Shown here piece by piece: positions 9,774-19,711 of a DNA stretch of 64,000 nucleotides. The notes under the pieces are model-generated. The model did not search any database. It worked only from the letters and a program-made list of their open reading frames with translations, and was not told the origin of the DNA. Each line of letters begins with the position of its first letter. Position 1 is the stretch's first letter. Position numbers and translations under genes: made by a program. The stretch spans positions 124,001 through 188,000 of IMG/VR virus record IMGVR_UViG_3300042558_004148, one strand, 5' to 3'.

Positions 9774-10187
9774 ATGAGAAACATCAAGAGTTTTAAAGAC
9801 TATAATCCCAATGATGAATATAGGGTAGATTCAAGGAGGTCATTAGATCTTGATAGGGTAAGAAGAACCAAGGAATATAGAAGATTAATAAATCTTGGAT
9901 TTTCTGAGGAAACATCTGACCAGCAGGCTCTTAATAACACCATGAAGTTCGTAAGAACTAAACATAAGCAGAGGGAGAAGGGTCACAGTGATGTTTTTTA
10001 TACGATACATCCATCCGGAACAGTTAGAAGATATAATCCCATAAAATCCGATGATGTTCCACAGGGTAACGGTAACGATATAAAGAAATATATAATACCA
10101 TTCAGAAAATCATCAGATTATAAAAAGGCTCTAGATTACCTATGGCAATATATAAAGAGAAAAGAAGATAACGAAGACTTTAGATAA
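9774..10187 (+). CDS. hypothetical protein with capsid-targeting-like N-terminus
   Basis: MRNIKSFKDY; GATATATA at 9762-9769, only 4 nt before the ATG. Confidence 0.6.
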   Translation: MRNIKSFKDYNPNDEYRVDSRRSLDLDRVRRTKEYRRLINLGFSEETSDQQALNNTMKFVRTKHKQREKGHSDVFYTIHPSGTVRRYNPIKSDDVPQGNGNDIKKYIIPFRKSSDYKKALDYLWQYIKRKEDNEDFR

Positions 10188-10189
10188 CT

Positions 10190-10420
10190 ATGTGCGACTG
10201 TGGAGATCCTAGTATAAATCTAGGCAATATTAAAAAGGATCATTCGAAGGAGATTAGTCAAATACTTAATAAATGGGTATTGGATAACCTTGATCGAAAA
10301 TTACTAATACAGGAACCTATATATGATGGTTACCAAGATATAATAGGTTACATAACTAAAAACGAGAAGGGAAATATAGTCAGAATATTTTCGCATAATA
10401 TAAAAATAATATTAGATTAA
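10190..10420 (+). CDS. hypothetical protein
   Basis: Tightly packed ORF in operon. Confidence 0.5.
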   Translation: MCDCGDPSINLGNIKKDHSKEISQILNKWVLDNLDRKLLIQEPIYDGYQDIIGYITKNEKGNIVRIFSHNIKIILD

Positions 10421-10422
10421 AT

Positions 10423-10872
10423 ATGGTTTACCCGGATTTTAAGTCACATATAGGAGAATCAAGATGCTTAGTTTGCATGGATGATGAAAAAGATTCGATA
10501 GAAGAGGCACTAAATAGTTGCGATGAATCATGTTATGAGTGTTTAATGGAGTGCATGAATAAATGGCTGAATGAGAATTCTTACTGCGTCGAAAAATGGC
10601 AGCTAAAGGAATATTTAAAAAATAAAGGCTGTGAGATATCCGAAGACATGGACGGGGGTGGATTAGCAACCCTGGGTGATGTTGGCGGGATGGGAAATCC
10701 GGCAACACCAACTAACGATGGAACAAATGCTGGATTTTATAATCCGAATAACGTTGGATCTGGTGATAAATTTCCTTCTCTTACTGTGGGTACTGCAGCA
10801 GCAAACAAGAGAAAGAAAGTCATGAAGAAACTAAAATCATACCTGGAGTTTTCTAATAGAAATAAAAAATGA
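10423..10872 (+). CDS. hypothetical Cys-rich protein
   Basis: Several Cys in the N-half, Gly-rich middle, C-terminal KLKSYLEF motif. Confidence 0.55.
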   Translation: MVYPDFKSHIGESRCLVCMDDEKDSIEEALNSCDESCYECLMECMNKWLNENSYCVEKWQLKEYLKNKGCEISEDMDGGGLATLGDVGGMGNPATPTNDGTNAGFYNPNNVGSGDKFPSLTVGTAAANKRKKVMKKLKSYLEFSNRNKK

Positions 10873-10905
10873 CATTTCGTCAATTGGTAAACAATAAAAA
10901 TACCA

Positions 10906-10933
10906 GAAAGGTGACTTTTAGTCATCTTTTTTT
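10906..10933 (+). terminator. intrinsic terminator
   Basis: GAAAGGTGACT-ttt-AGTCATCTTTT then T-run. Confidence 0.65.
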
Positions 10934-10980
10934 GTATGGAGCGATTTTTGAAATAATTATATAAAAAATAATAATAAATT

Positions 10981-11367
10981 ATGAACACAAACCGATTCAG
11001 AACCATCTTCCCGATTATTAATTCGAATAATCTGACTGACTCCATATTGGACTCAATGTTTAATCAGAAACTTGATGATAAAAAATACGAGGTGTCAGAT
11101 AATGAAGATCTTGGATGGTTACTTAAATTACCCCTACCAGGTATAGAAAAGAGCGATATTAATATAGAAACTACAAACAAAAATTCTATTAAGATATCAA
11201 TCATCAACGGTAATACATGGGTTAAAAAATCAGATAGGCTTTTCACGCTACCTGATAACGCTGATAGTAATAATATATCAGCTGATTTTAAAAATGGTGT
11301 ATTGGTTATAGATATTCCTAAGATTAAGATTAAGAATCCAGATTCCAAGAAGATTACAATAAAATAA
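10981..11367 (+). CDS. small heat shock protein (Hsp20/alpha-crystallin)
   Basis: LPGIEKSDINI...FTLPDNAD...ISADFKNGVLVIDIPK. Confidence 0.9.
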   Translation: MNTNRFRTIFPIINSNNLTDSILDSMFNQKLDDKKYEVSDNEDLGWLLKLPLPGIEKSDINIETTNKNSIKISIINGNTWVKKSDRLFTLPDNADSNNISADFKNGVLVIDIPKIKIKNPDSKKITIK

Positions 11368-11376
11368 TAAGCTATA

Positions 11377-12066
11377 TTATAAGTTTATTAACATCTCTAT
11401 TAATCTGGGACATGGGTAAATATCATCACGATCCATTCTAACATTAGAGTGTGACCATATTCCAGGATAACCCTCAAGAGCTTTTTTATTTATTTCGAAC
11501 GCTAAATTTGCATCGGATAATGAAAGAAGCTCTTTTTTTATTCCCTTAGATAAATCTATATCGAATTTATTACTAAGTTCCAATATAAGTATTCTTAATG
11601 ATTCTATTTGTGAATCCGTGTATGCTTGATAATATAGATTGCCTCTAAATGGATTATCAAGAGTGGTTACTAGACTTTCGTCAATTTCAACTCTACTATT
11701 GGTATAAAATCTGCCCTCTTTGGATCTAATTAGTGGTCCATAGTTGCATAATTCTATAGCTATGCTTTTTTGATTGATGAAGGTGTTATTTTTAGATTTT
11801 ATCCCTAGATGGTGTGACCAATATTTAGGATCGAATGATTCGTATATTTCCCCGTTATATAAATCTGAGGTTCCCATCGAACTTAATCCACCAATAACAT
11901 ATGATTTTGCGCTTCTAACCTTGCTACCACCTGTTGTCTCTTGTCTATCCCACGATTTAATAGTCCAATCGGGTCTATATGCTCCATTGGAGTGGTGAAG
12001 ATATATTGAATCCTTGGGTGTTTGCGTGGCAAAGAATTCGTCTGTTTGTAGGTGCTTTATGTTCAT
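11377..12066 (-). CDS. N-acetylmuramoyl-L-alanine amidase (Amidase_2)
   Basis: IYLHHS, WSHHLG, SIAIELCN, YTDSQIESL, WSHSNVR..R.DIYP zinc-amidase motifs; GATATATA on the minus strand at 12073-12080. Confidence 0.85.
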   Translation of the reverse strand: MNIKHLQTDEFFATQTPKDSIYLHHSNGAYRPDWTIKSWDRQETTGGSKVRSAKSYVIGGLSSMGTSDLYNGEIYESFDPKYWSHHLGIKSKNNTFINQKSIAIELCNYGPLIRSKEGRFYTNSRVEIDESLVTTLDNPFRGNLYYQAYTDSQIESLRILILELSNKFDIDLSKGIKKELLSLSDANLAFEINKKALEGYPGIWSHSNVRMDRDDIYPCPRLIEMLINL

Positions 12067-12101
12067 ATCAATTATATATCAAATGAATATGATAATAATA
12101 T

Positions 12102-12132
12102 TTTTTTATTTCGTGGATTTTATCTATTTTTG
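12102..12132 (+). promoter_or_regulatory. Bacteroidota-type (-7 TAnnTTTG) early promoter
   Basis: T-run, CG at 12112-12113, 11 nt spacer, TATTTTTG at 12125-12132; same spacing at five other loci. Confidence 0.6.
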
Positions 12133-12136
12133 CTAA

Positions 12137-12529
12137 ATGGAAAGAGAAATTTTAATACAGGAGGAATATCTGGATTCACCATGGAAAATTATGGTTTGTT
12201 GCATATTATTGAATCAAACAAATAATAAACAGGTAAGACCGATTTTAAGCTCCGTATTTGATTTAATTCCAGATCCCATATCTACTATTGGATGTGATCC
12301 TTTGGATCTAGCAGCGGTCATAAAATGTACCGGATTTCAGAATATAAAGGCAAAGAGAATAATACAATTAAGTCAGAAATGGATATCTGGATTTACTGAC
12401 GTTAATGATTTACCTGGTATAGGTGTTTATGGTAGGGAATCCTGGGAAATATTCGTTAATAATAATATTTCAATAACACCAACCGATAAAAAATTAGCTA
12501 GATATATCAGTGATGTAACTGGATGCTAG
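12137..12529 (+). CDS. MBD4-like HhH-GPD DNA glycosylase (G:T/G:U mismatch)
   Basis: PWKIMVCCILLNQT, LPGIGVYGRESWEIF and PTDKKLARY align with the MBD4 glycosylase domain (PWKLLI..IFLNRT, LHGIGKYGNDSYRIF, PEDHKLNKY); no FeS cluster. Confidence 0.8.
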   Translation: MEREILIQEEYLDSPWKIMVCCILLNQTNNKQVRPILSSVFDLIPDPISTIGCDPLDLAAVIKCTGFQNIKAKRIIQLSQKWISGFTDVNDLPGIGVYGRESWEIFVNNNISITPTDKKLARYISDVTGC

Positions 12530-12831
12530 TTATTTTTTTTCGAACTTTTCTCGTTAAATGCCCCTTTGATATATTCAGCTACATCGGAGCCAGTTTTTTT
12601 ACCTTCCGATAGGAAATTATTAAATTCCTCTGATTTACCTTCGTTGTCTAGAAATTCATGGAAATACGAAGCTTCGTACATTGCATCCACCACTTCCGGT
12701 AAGGGTTGGTGTGCTGGTGTATAATTTCTGGAATTTACTCTTGGTGCATATTCGTTACCTGGAACATCAACGCTACCCGGAGCATCCAGCCATTCATTAA
12801 CACAATCTTTAAAGTTTTTGATATTTTTCAT
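12526..12831 (-). CDS. hypothetical protein with capsid-targeting-like N-terminus
   Basis: MKNIKNFKDCVNE; GATATATA on the minus strand at 12838-12845. Confidence 0.6.
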   Translation of the reverse strand: MKNIKNFKDCVNEWLDAPGSVDVPGNEYAPRVNSRNYTPAHQPLPEVVDAMYEASYFHEFLDNEGKSEEFNNFLSEGKKTGSDVAEYIKGAFNEKSSKKNN

Positions 12832-12906
12832 ATATTTTATATATCCGTACGGAACATAATTTTATTTCAGGATAAAACATTATAAAGAACCAGAAAAATA
12901 TAGTGA

Positions 12907-14307
12907 ATGATAATTGATATCGAAAACAAAGGATCATATTTAAAAGTCTCTCATTTCGGAGAAGAAGGCGAATTAGCATTTCTTAATGTACCAATAGCTG
13001 AAGATCAAAGATATAATTGGGAAAAGTGCGGTCCAAATGATCCCAAAAGGGATAAGGAATGGACTGATTGGACAGGTTTACCTGTAAGAAAAGCTAAGAC
13101 TGAAAGATACGATAAGTATCGAATGGCTCAGATATTAATAGAAGCACCCGAGGAATTAACTAAGCCATTATGGGAATTTCAAGAGCCTAAGAAATACTTT
13201 GTCGATATTGAGGTTGAGATAACTGAAGACATGGCAGCGGCATTGGATACAGAAAATGCTAGAAATCGTGTTTTATCAATAGGTATAGCTACCGATAAGA
13301 ATAAGATTATAGTTCTTGGATTAGATCCATTGACACCTGAACAACAAGCTAGCATATACAAGAAAACCAACGACTATTTTGCAAAAACTGGTGATACCTG
13401 GACTTTTAAATACAAACAGTTTGAAAGCGAGTATGACATGATGTACACATTCTTTAGAGAGCTTGGACCTAAAATGCCAGTTATAACTGGATGGAACTGG
13501 CTCGGATATGACTGGCCTTATTTAATGAACAGGGCAAAGAGACTTGGTATAGATCCAAAGATTATTTCACCTGGTAATTATTTAATAGGCAAAGCACAGT
13601 TACCTATGCACTTACTTATGTTTGACTACTTGGAAATCTACAAAAAATGGGATCGAGTAATCAAAATAAAGGAAAGTAATAGACTTGATTACGTTGCTGA
13701 AAAAGCAGCAGGATTTAAAAAGGTTGAATATAACGGAACACTTAGAGATTTATACCAATCCAATTTCGAAGACTTTATTTTCTATAACGCTGTCGATTGC
13801 GCACTTGTTCATTACATAGATCAGAAACTTAAAACAATGCAAACTTTCTTTAAGATTGCGATGATCTCGGGGGTGGAGATAAACAGATGTCTTTCACCAG
13901 TATGGTCAACGGAAGTTATGATGCTTAGAAAATTTCTTGATAGGAAACAGGTTTTTGTTGTTGAGAGAAAGGAAGAGGTTCATGTTAAGTTTGCTGGAGG
14001 ATACGTTAAGGAACCAATCAAGGGTCTGCATGAATGGATAGCATGCTACGATTTTGCTTCACTTTACCCTAATGCCATGGTTCAATGGGGGATTTCACCA
14101 GAAATATACAAGGGAAAAAATCTATCAAATCCCAGCGAGGATTGGGTGAAAACTGCATCCGGAGCATATTTTGGATCAGATGAAGAAAATCCAATTCTAA
14201 GAACGATCATTAAAGATCTATACTCCAGAAGGAGAAAAACAAAAGACAGAATGCTTGAGCTGGAGCTGGAAATAGACCAACTAAAAAAAGTTTTAGATAA
14301 AGAATAA
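12907..14307 (+). CDS. family-B DNA polymerase, N-terminal subunit (3'-5' exonuclease + motif A)
   Basis: ExoI VDIEVE, ExoII GWNWLGYDWPY, ExoIII YNAVD, GGYVKEP, motif A YDFASLYPN; ends in the fingers helix without motifs B or C. Confidence 0.9.
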   Translation: MIIDIENKGSYLKVSHFGEEGELAFLNVPIAEDQRYNWEKCGPNDPKRDKEWTDWTGLPVRKAKTERYDKYRMAQILIEAPEELTKPLWEFQEPKKYFVDIEVEITEDMAAALDTENARNRVLSIGIATDKNKIIVLGLDPLTPEQQASIYKKTNDYFAKTGDTWTFKYKQFESEYDMMYTFFRELGPKMPVITGWNWLGYDWPYLMNRAKRLGIDPKIISPGNYLIGKAQLPMHLLMFDYLEIYKKWDRVIKIKESNRLDYVAEKAAGFKKVEYNGTLRDLYQSNFEDFIFYNAVDCALVHYIDQKLKTMQTFFKIAMISGVEINRCLSPVWSTEVMMLRKFLDRKQVFVVERKEEVHVKFAGGYVKEPIKGLHEWIACYDFASLYPNAMVQWGISPEIYKGKNLSNPSEDWVKTASGAYFGSDEENPILRTIIKDLYSRRRKTKDRMLELELEIDQLKKVLDKE

Positions 14308-14405
14308 AAATTAACGAAGATTGGGTGAGGATAGGAAAAATCAGATGATATATAAAAACCTGGTGGAGCTAATCTAGACAATAAACCTAGTCAAAAATCA
14401 CAATT

Positions 14406-14885
14406 ATGGCAAATACAGACAATGAATGCAAAGATCTTCTCGTTGAGAATGACTACGTAAAGTCCACAAACCACCTGGATAAATTAATGACCCTTCAGAA
14501 GAGGACACAGGAGGGAGTTTATGGATACGATTTCAGTAACATGACTCTCGGTGAGATTAAAGATTTTTGGCTTTGGAATACCAGAGCTATTGATGATGAG
14601 GTCTCAGAAGCATACGATGCTTTAGGTGGTGTTTCTAATGATGGTGTAAATTCAATAGGAAATGCAGTTTGGAAACCTTGGAAAAGCAATCATAAGAAAG
14701 CTTATGAGATGAAAATCTCTGATCTTTCGGATGATGATCAAAAGGAGCTTAAGATGGAATTGGTTGACATCCAACATTTTATCTTTAATCTTATGATCTC
14801 AGTAGGCATGACAGCGGAGGAGCTTTACAATTACTACATTTCAAAAAACAAGGAGAATATCCGAAGACAAGAAAACAATTACTAA
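14406..14885 (+). CDS. T4 gp56-type dCTP/dUTP pyrophosphatase (dimeric all-alpha)
   Basis: NEC..L, IDDE..E...LG..S, AVWKPWK, ELVDI.HF..N....GM.AEE....Y..KNK.N..RQ.N.Y closely follow T4 gp56. Confidence 0.85.
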   Translation: MANTDNECKDLLVENDYVKSTNHLDKLMTLQKRTQEGVYGYDFSNMTLGEIKDFWLWNTRAIDDEVSEAYDALGGVSNDGVNSIGNAVWKPWKSNHKKAYEMKISDLSDDDQKELKMELVDIQHFIFNLMISVGMTAEELYNYYISKNKENIRRQENNY

Positions 14886-14894
14886 AAAGAAATA

Positions 14895-15878
14895 ATGGAA
14901 AATTTATACTCGTTACCTGAACCGATATTACAGGAAAATCCAAATAGATTCGTTCTATTCCCTATAGAACATCATGACATATGGAACATGTACAAACAAC
15001 AAGAAGCTTCCATATGGACTGCCGAAGAGATAGATTTAGCTCAGGATCTAAATGACTGGAGAAACAAGCTTACTGATGATGAAAGATATTTTGTTAAGAA
15101 TGTATTAGCTTTCTTTGCGGCATCCGATGGTATAGTTAATGAAAATTTGGCAGAGAATTTTGTTAGCGAGGTTCAATATACGGAGGCTAAATTTTTCTAC
15201 GGATTCCAGATAATGATGGAGAATATACATTCCGAAACATATTCGCTACTTATAGACACATACATTCAGGACAAGGACGAAAAAGACCATCTGTTCAAAG
15301 CTATCGATACAATTGATGCAGTTAAGAAAAAAGCTCAATGGGCTTTAAAATGGATAGATTCCCCACACTTTCAGGAAAGACTAGTAGCATTTGCTGCTGT
15401 TGAGGGTATATTTTTTAGCGGATCTTTCTGCTCTATCTTTTGGCTTAAGAAAAGAGGATTGATGCCTGGATTATCTTTCTCTAATGAACTTATATCTAGA
15501 GACGAAGGTTTACATTGCGATTTTGCTGTGATGTTACATAACAATCACCTAGCAAATAAGGTTTCTGAGGAAAGAATAAAAGAGATTATTACCAGTGCGC
15601 TAGAAATAGAAAAGGAATTCATTACTGAATCGTTGCCAGTTAGACTAATTGGTATGAATTCGGATTTAATGAAACAGTATCTTGAATTTGTTGCTGATAG
15701 ATTACTTGTTGAATTGGGATGCTCCAAGGTCTATAATTCTGAAAATCCATTTGACTTCATGGCAAACATTTCTTTGCAGGGTAAAACAAACTTTTTTGAG
15801 AAAAGAGTTGGAGAATATCAAAAATCTGGTGTTATGAATAAATCGGAGGATGCTTTTGGGTTTGATGCCGAATTTTAA
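14895..15878 (+). CDS. nrdB: class Ia ribonucleotide reductase beta subunit
   Basis: [47 protein letters not shown]. Confidence 0.97.
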   Translation: MENLYSLPEPILQENPNRFVLFPIEHHDIWNMYKQQEASIWTAEEIDLAQDLNDWRNKLTDDERYFVKNVLAFFAASDGIVNENLAENFVSEVQYTEAKFFYGFQIMMENIHSETYSLLIDTYIQDKDEKDHLFKAIDTIDAVKKKAQWALKWIDSPHFQERLVAFAAVEGIFFSGSFCSIFWLKKRGLMPGLSFSNELISRDEGLHCDFAVMLHNNHLANKVSEERIKEIITSALEIEKEFITESLPVRLIGMNSDLMKQYLEFVADRLLVELGCSKVYNSENPFDFMANISLQGKTNFFEKRVGEYQKSGVMNKSEDAFGFDAEF

Positions 15879-15900
15879 AATTAAAAATAATAGATAATAA

Positions 15901-18390
15901 ATGCTTGTAATTAAGAGAGATGGTTCGAAGGAGCCGGTGAGATTTGAAAAAGTTTCAAATAGAATAAAAAAAATGACTTACGGGTTAAATCCTGATTATG
16001 TAGATGCAACAGAAATCGCTCAGAAGGTGATATCAGGTATCTATGATGGTATAACAACACAAGAGCTTGATAACCTAGCTGCTGAAACTGCAGCATCATT
16101 AATACCGAAACATCCGGACTATTCGATATTGGCTTCAAGAATTGCAGTATCTAGGCTACATAAGGTAACTAAAAAGAAATTTTCTGAGACCATACATGAT
16201 CTTTATAATTATATAGATCCTGAAACTAATGAGCCAGCTGGATTAATTAATGATGAAACGTATAATGCCGTAATTAAATACAAGCAGAAATTCGACGGCG
16301 CTATTATACACGAGAGAGATTTTGATTTTGAGTATTTCGGATTTAAAACTTTAGAAAAAAGTTATTTATTGAAGATGTATGGTCAGGTGGCTGAAAGTCC
16401 ACAACATATGTATATGAGAGTTGCAGTAGGAATATGGGGAGATGATATTAAGAACGCACTTAAAACTTATGAGCTGTTATCAAATCATATGATGACACAT
16501 GCAACACCTACATTATTTAATGCCGGAACAAAGAAACCACAACTATCATCTTGTTTCCTTCTTATGATGTCGGATGACTCCATACCTGGTATTTATAAAA
16601 CATTAACTGATGTTGCTATAATTTCTCAAAATGCAGGTGGTATCGGATTAGCAATACACAACGTTAGAAGTACGGGTTCTTATATCAAAGGAACTAATGG
16701 TACATCGAATGGTATTGTTCCGATGCTTAAGGTATTTAACGAAACCGCTAGATATGTTGATCAGGGTGGAGGAAAAAGAAAGGGGTCATTTGCTATGTAC
16801 ATGGAGCCATGGCATGCTGATATTGAGGATTTCTTGGATCTTAGAAAAAATACAGGTAAGGAAGAGATTAGAGCTAGAGATTTATTCCTTGCACTTTGGA
16901 CACCTGACCTATTTATGAAAAGAGTTGAAGAGGATGGACAATGGTCATTGTTTTCTCCATCTGATGTTCAAGGTCTTTGGGAATTATATGGTGATGAATT
17001 CGAGGATGCCTATGTTAAATATGAGACTTCGGGAAAAGCTAGAAAAGTAATGAAAGCTAGAGAGCTTTGGAGTAAAATTATCGATGCTCAAACTGAAACC
17101 GGTACACCATATATGATGTACAAGGATGCAGCTAATAAAAAATCAAATCAGAAAAATTTAGGTACGATTAAAAGTTCTAATCTTTGTACTGAGATTCTTG
17201 AATATACTGATAAGGACGAACAGGCTGTTTGTAATTTGGCTTCCATCCCCGTTAATAAATTTTTAAGATCAACAGATAACAGAACAGCCAAAATAGCTAG
17301 AGGTAAATGTGAAGTTGATCATAAAGCATTATATGATGTTGCTTATCAAACAACGATGAATCTTAATAAGGTTATAGATGTTAACTATTACCCGACACCG
17401 GAAACAAAAAGATCTAATATGAGACATAGACCGATAGGTATCGGTATTCAGGGTCTTGCTGATCTCTTTGCTATTGTTGGTATTCCTTTTACCTCACCTG
17501 AGGCTAAAAGAATTAACGAGGAAATATTTGAAACAATTTATTTTGCTTCGATGACAGCTTCCATGGATCTTGCTAAGAAAGATGGTAAGTACGAAACTTT
17601 CGATGGCTCTCCATTAAGTAAAGGTGAATTCCAATTTAACTTATGGGGCTTCAACGATTCGGATCTTTCAGGAAGATGGGATTGGACCAAGCTAAGAAAA
17701 GATGTTATGAAAAACGGGGCTAGGAATTCATTGTTATTAGCACCTATGCCAACAGCATCCACAGCACAAATTATGGGTAACAACGAGGCATTTGAACCAT
17801 TTACATCAAATATCTATACAAGAAGAACATTAAGCGGTGAATTTGTTATTATAAATAAACACCTAGTTAAAGATCTGATTGCTTTAGATCTTTGGGGAGA
17901 AGATATGAAGAATATGATCATTTTACATAAGGGATCGGTTCAGAATATAGCGCAAATCCCTGAATCTATAAGAGAAACATATAAAACTGTTTGGGAGATA
18001 AGACAGAAAGATCTTATTGATATGTCTGCTGACAGAGGTAAATTTATATGTCAATCCCAATCACTTAATTTATTTATAGAGAATGTTAATTCTGCTAAAT
18101 TAACTGCAGCTCATTTCCATTCATGGAAGATTGGACTTAAAACGGGGATGTATTATCTAAGAACAAAATCAGCTGTTGATGCAATTGCTGGATTGGGTGT
18201 AGATTTATCTAAGGCTAAGACCACAACAAGTAACGAAGCAGCATCACAACAGAGAGAAATAGCAAAAGAATCTATCTCAGCATCAATTGGTATGTCTAGT
18301 GAGGAATTAAGTAGGGCAGCGGAGGAAGCTACCGCAGGGATTACATGCAGCTTAGATAATCCTGAGGATTGTGAAATGTGTGGATCATAA
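15901..18390 (+). CDS. nrdA: class Ia ribonucleotide reductase alpha subunit with ATP cone
   Basis: VIKRDG ATP cone, [37 protein letters not shown]-terminal CEMC. Confidence 0.97.
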   Translation: MLVIKRDGSKEPVRFEKVSNRIKKMTYGLNPDYVDATEIAQKVISGIYDGITTQELDNLAAETAASLIPKHPDYSILASRIAVSRLHKVTKKKFSETIHDLYNYIDPETNEPAGLINDETYNAVIKYKQKFDGAIIHERDFDFEYFGFKTLEKSYLLKMYGQVAESPQHMYMRVAVGIWGDDIKNALKTYELLSNHMMTHATPTLFNAGTKKPQLSSCFLLMMSDDSIPGIYKTLTDVAIISQNAGGIGLAIHNVRSTGSYIKGTNGTSNGIVPMLKVFNETARYVDQGGGKRKGSFAMYMEPWHADIEDFLDLRKNTGKEEIRARDLFLALWTPDLFMKRVEEDGQWSLFSPSDVQGLWELYGDEFEDAYVKYETSGKARKVMKARELWSKIIDAQTETGTPYMMYKDAANKKSNQKNLGTIKSSNLCTEILEYTDKDEQAVCNLASIPVNKFLRSTDNRTAKIARGKCEVDHKALYDVAYQTTMNLNKVIDVNYYPTPETKRSNMRHRPIGIGIQGLADLFAIVGIPFTSPEAKRINEEIFETIYFASMTASMDLAKKDGKYETFDGSPLSKGEFQFNLWGFNDSDLSGRWDWTKLRKDVMKNGARNSLLLAPMPTASTAQIMGNNEAFEPFTSNIYTRRTLSGEFVIINKHLVKDLIALDLWGEDMKNMIILHKGSVQNIAQIPESIRETYKTVWEIRQKDLIDMSADRGKFICQSQSLNLFIENVNSAKLTAAHFHSWKIGLKTGMYYLRTKSAVDAIAGLGVDLSKAKTTTSNEAASQQREIAKESISASIGMSSEELSRAAEEATAGITCSLDNPEDCEMCGS

Positions 18391-18405
18391 AAATAAATTA
18401 AACTA

Positions 18406-19035
18406 ATGGAATCTAAAATAAAAGCATTTAACGAATTTTTAAACGAAAGAGAACTTCCGGATAATCAGGGTAAAATCCTGGTTATTTTGGGAGCTCCCGG
18501 ATCAGGGAAGGGAACTCTATCAAAGGAACTAAATAAGGAATATGGTATACATCATATTTCAACCGGAGATCTTATTAGAAATTCAGACGATCCGGAATTA
18601 AAAAAAATAATATCAGGAGGCAACTTTATATCTGATGATATGATGGTAAAGATGCTAAGAGGTGAACTTAAAAAATTAGATCCTTCCAATGGAATTATTT
18701 TTGACGGATTTCCTAGAAATCTTAAGCAATCAAAAAAATTAGATTCAATCCTGGGAAAAATGGGGCTCGGTCTAAACCATGCCATATTTCTAGATCTGCC
18801 GGAGGATATCTCGAAGGAAAGAATTAGAGAAAGAGCTAAGAAGGAAAATAGAAAGGATGATGGTAGCGACGAGATAATAGATAAGAGATTCGAGGAATAT
18901 AATGATAAAACTTTACCTTTGTTGGACTTCTATAAGAAGAGCAGAAAATTAATTACAATAGATGCTAACACCGGGAGAGAAGGAGTCTTAAAATCAGTAG
19001 CTAAAAAACTAGGACTTAAAAAGCCAAAAAAATAA
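18406..19035 (+). CDS. adk: adenylate kinase (short LID) with capsid-targeting-like N-terminal extension
   Basis: GAPGSGKGT P-loop, HISTGDLIR, FDGFPR, R.DD; extension MESKIKAFNEFLNE. Confidence 0.9.
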   Translation: MESKIKAFNEFLNERELPDNQGKILVILGAPGSGKGTLSKELNKEYGIHHISTGDLIRNSDDPELKKIISGGNFISDDMMVKMLRGELKKLDPSNGIIFDGFPRNLKQSKKLDSILGKMGLGLNHAIFLDLPEDISKERIRERAKKENRKDDGSDEIIDKRFEEYNDKTLPLLDFYKKSRKLITIDANTGREGVLKSVAKKLGLKKPKK

Positions 19036-19039
19036 TTAT

Positions 19040-19684
19040 ATGAGAGATACTAGCGAAAAATTTGTTAGATCTCTTAAAGAGAAATTAGAAAAAAATAAAA
19101 ATCTGGAGAAGCTAAGGAGAAATATACTTGGAGATTCTCTGGATTTTATTTCTTATATGATAAGGAATTCTAATGATATCGAAATAAGAGAAATAAGAAA
19201 TTACGAAACCAGCGAGATATCATGTTTAATAAACCTATATAGTGATTCCGATGATTTAATATCATCCATCAGCAATATGCTATTATCCAAAAATCTTAGC
19301 TATAAGAAAAAGGAATTAAATCAGAAGAAAAGCCTATTTTTAGTTAATCTGGGGGAGAATATAATATCATCCGGTAAAAAAGATAATTGGTGCTTCCTTG
19401 AATTTGACTTTAAGGGAAAACATATATTTGATGTCAAGATAACTATAATGGATGATCCATTATCATATTCAATATACGATAAAAATTATTTTAGAGTTGA
19501 TTTTTGGATTTGCGAGGATCTCGACATTAAAAAATATGATATACAATTAAGATCAGCAAACAGGGATAAAAATAAATTAATAGTTCATATAGAACCAAAT
19601 TATAAAGCAACCCTATTTTTTGATGGCGTTGGTGAAATTGAGAAAATAAATATTTCCAAGAAAAAGGGAGAAAAAATAAACTAA
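19040..19684 (+). CDS. hypothetical protein
   Basis: ORF in operon, no recognisable motif. Confidence 0.55.
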   Translation: MRDTSEKFVRSLKEKLEKNKNLEKLRRNILGDSLDFISYMIRNSNDIEIREIRNYETSEISCLINLYSDSDDLISSISNMLLSKNLSYKKKELNQKKSLFLVNLGENIISSGKKDNWCFLEFDFKGKHIFDVKITIMDDPLSYSIYDKNYFRVDFWICEDLDIKKYDIQLRSANRDKNKLIVHIEPNYKATLFFDGVGEIEKINISKKKGEKIN

Positions 19685-19711
19685 GACACTATAACTACTA
19701 AATTATAATCA

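Noticed and set aside
14355-14400. Slightly GC-richer leader upstream of the dCTPase-nrdB-nrdA operon as a riboswitch or NrdR box
   Set aside because: No convincing stems and no match I can support
14895-18390. Eukaryotic giant-virus origin suggested by eukaryote-like RNR, MBD4 and PolB
   Set aside because: tmRNA, endolysin, amidase, lipoproteins, T4-like gp56/topoisomerase and Bacteroidota promoters indicate a bacteriophage
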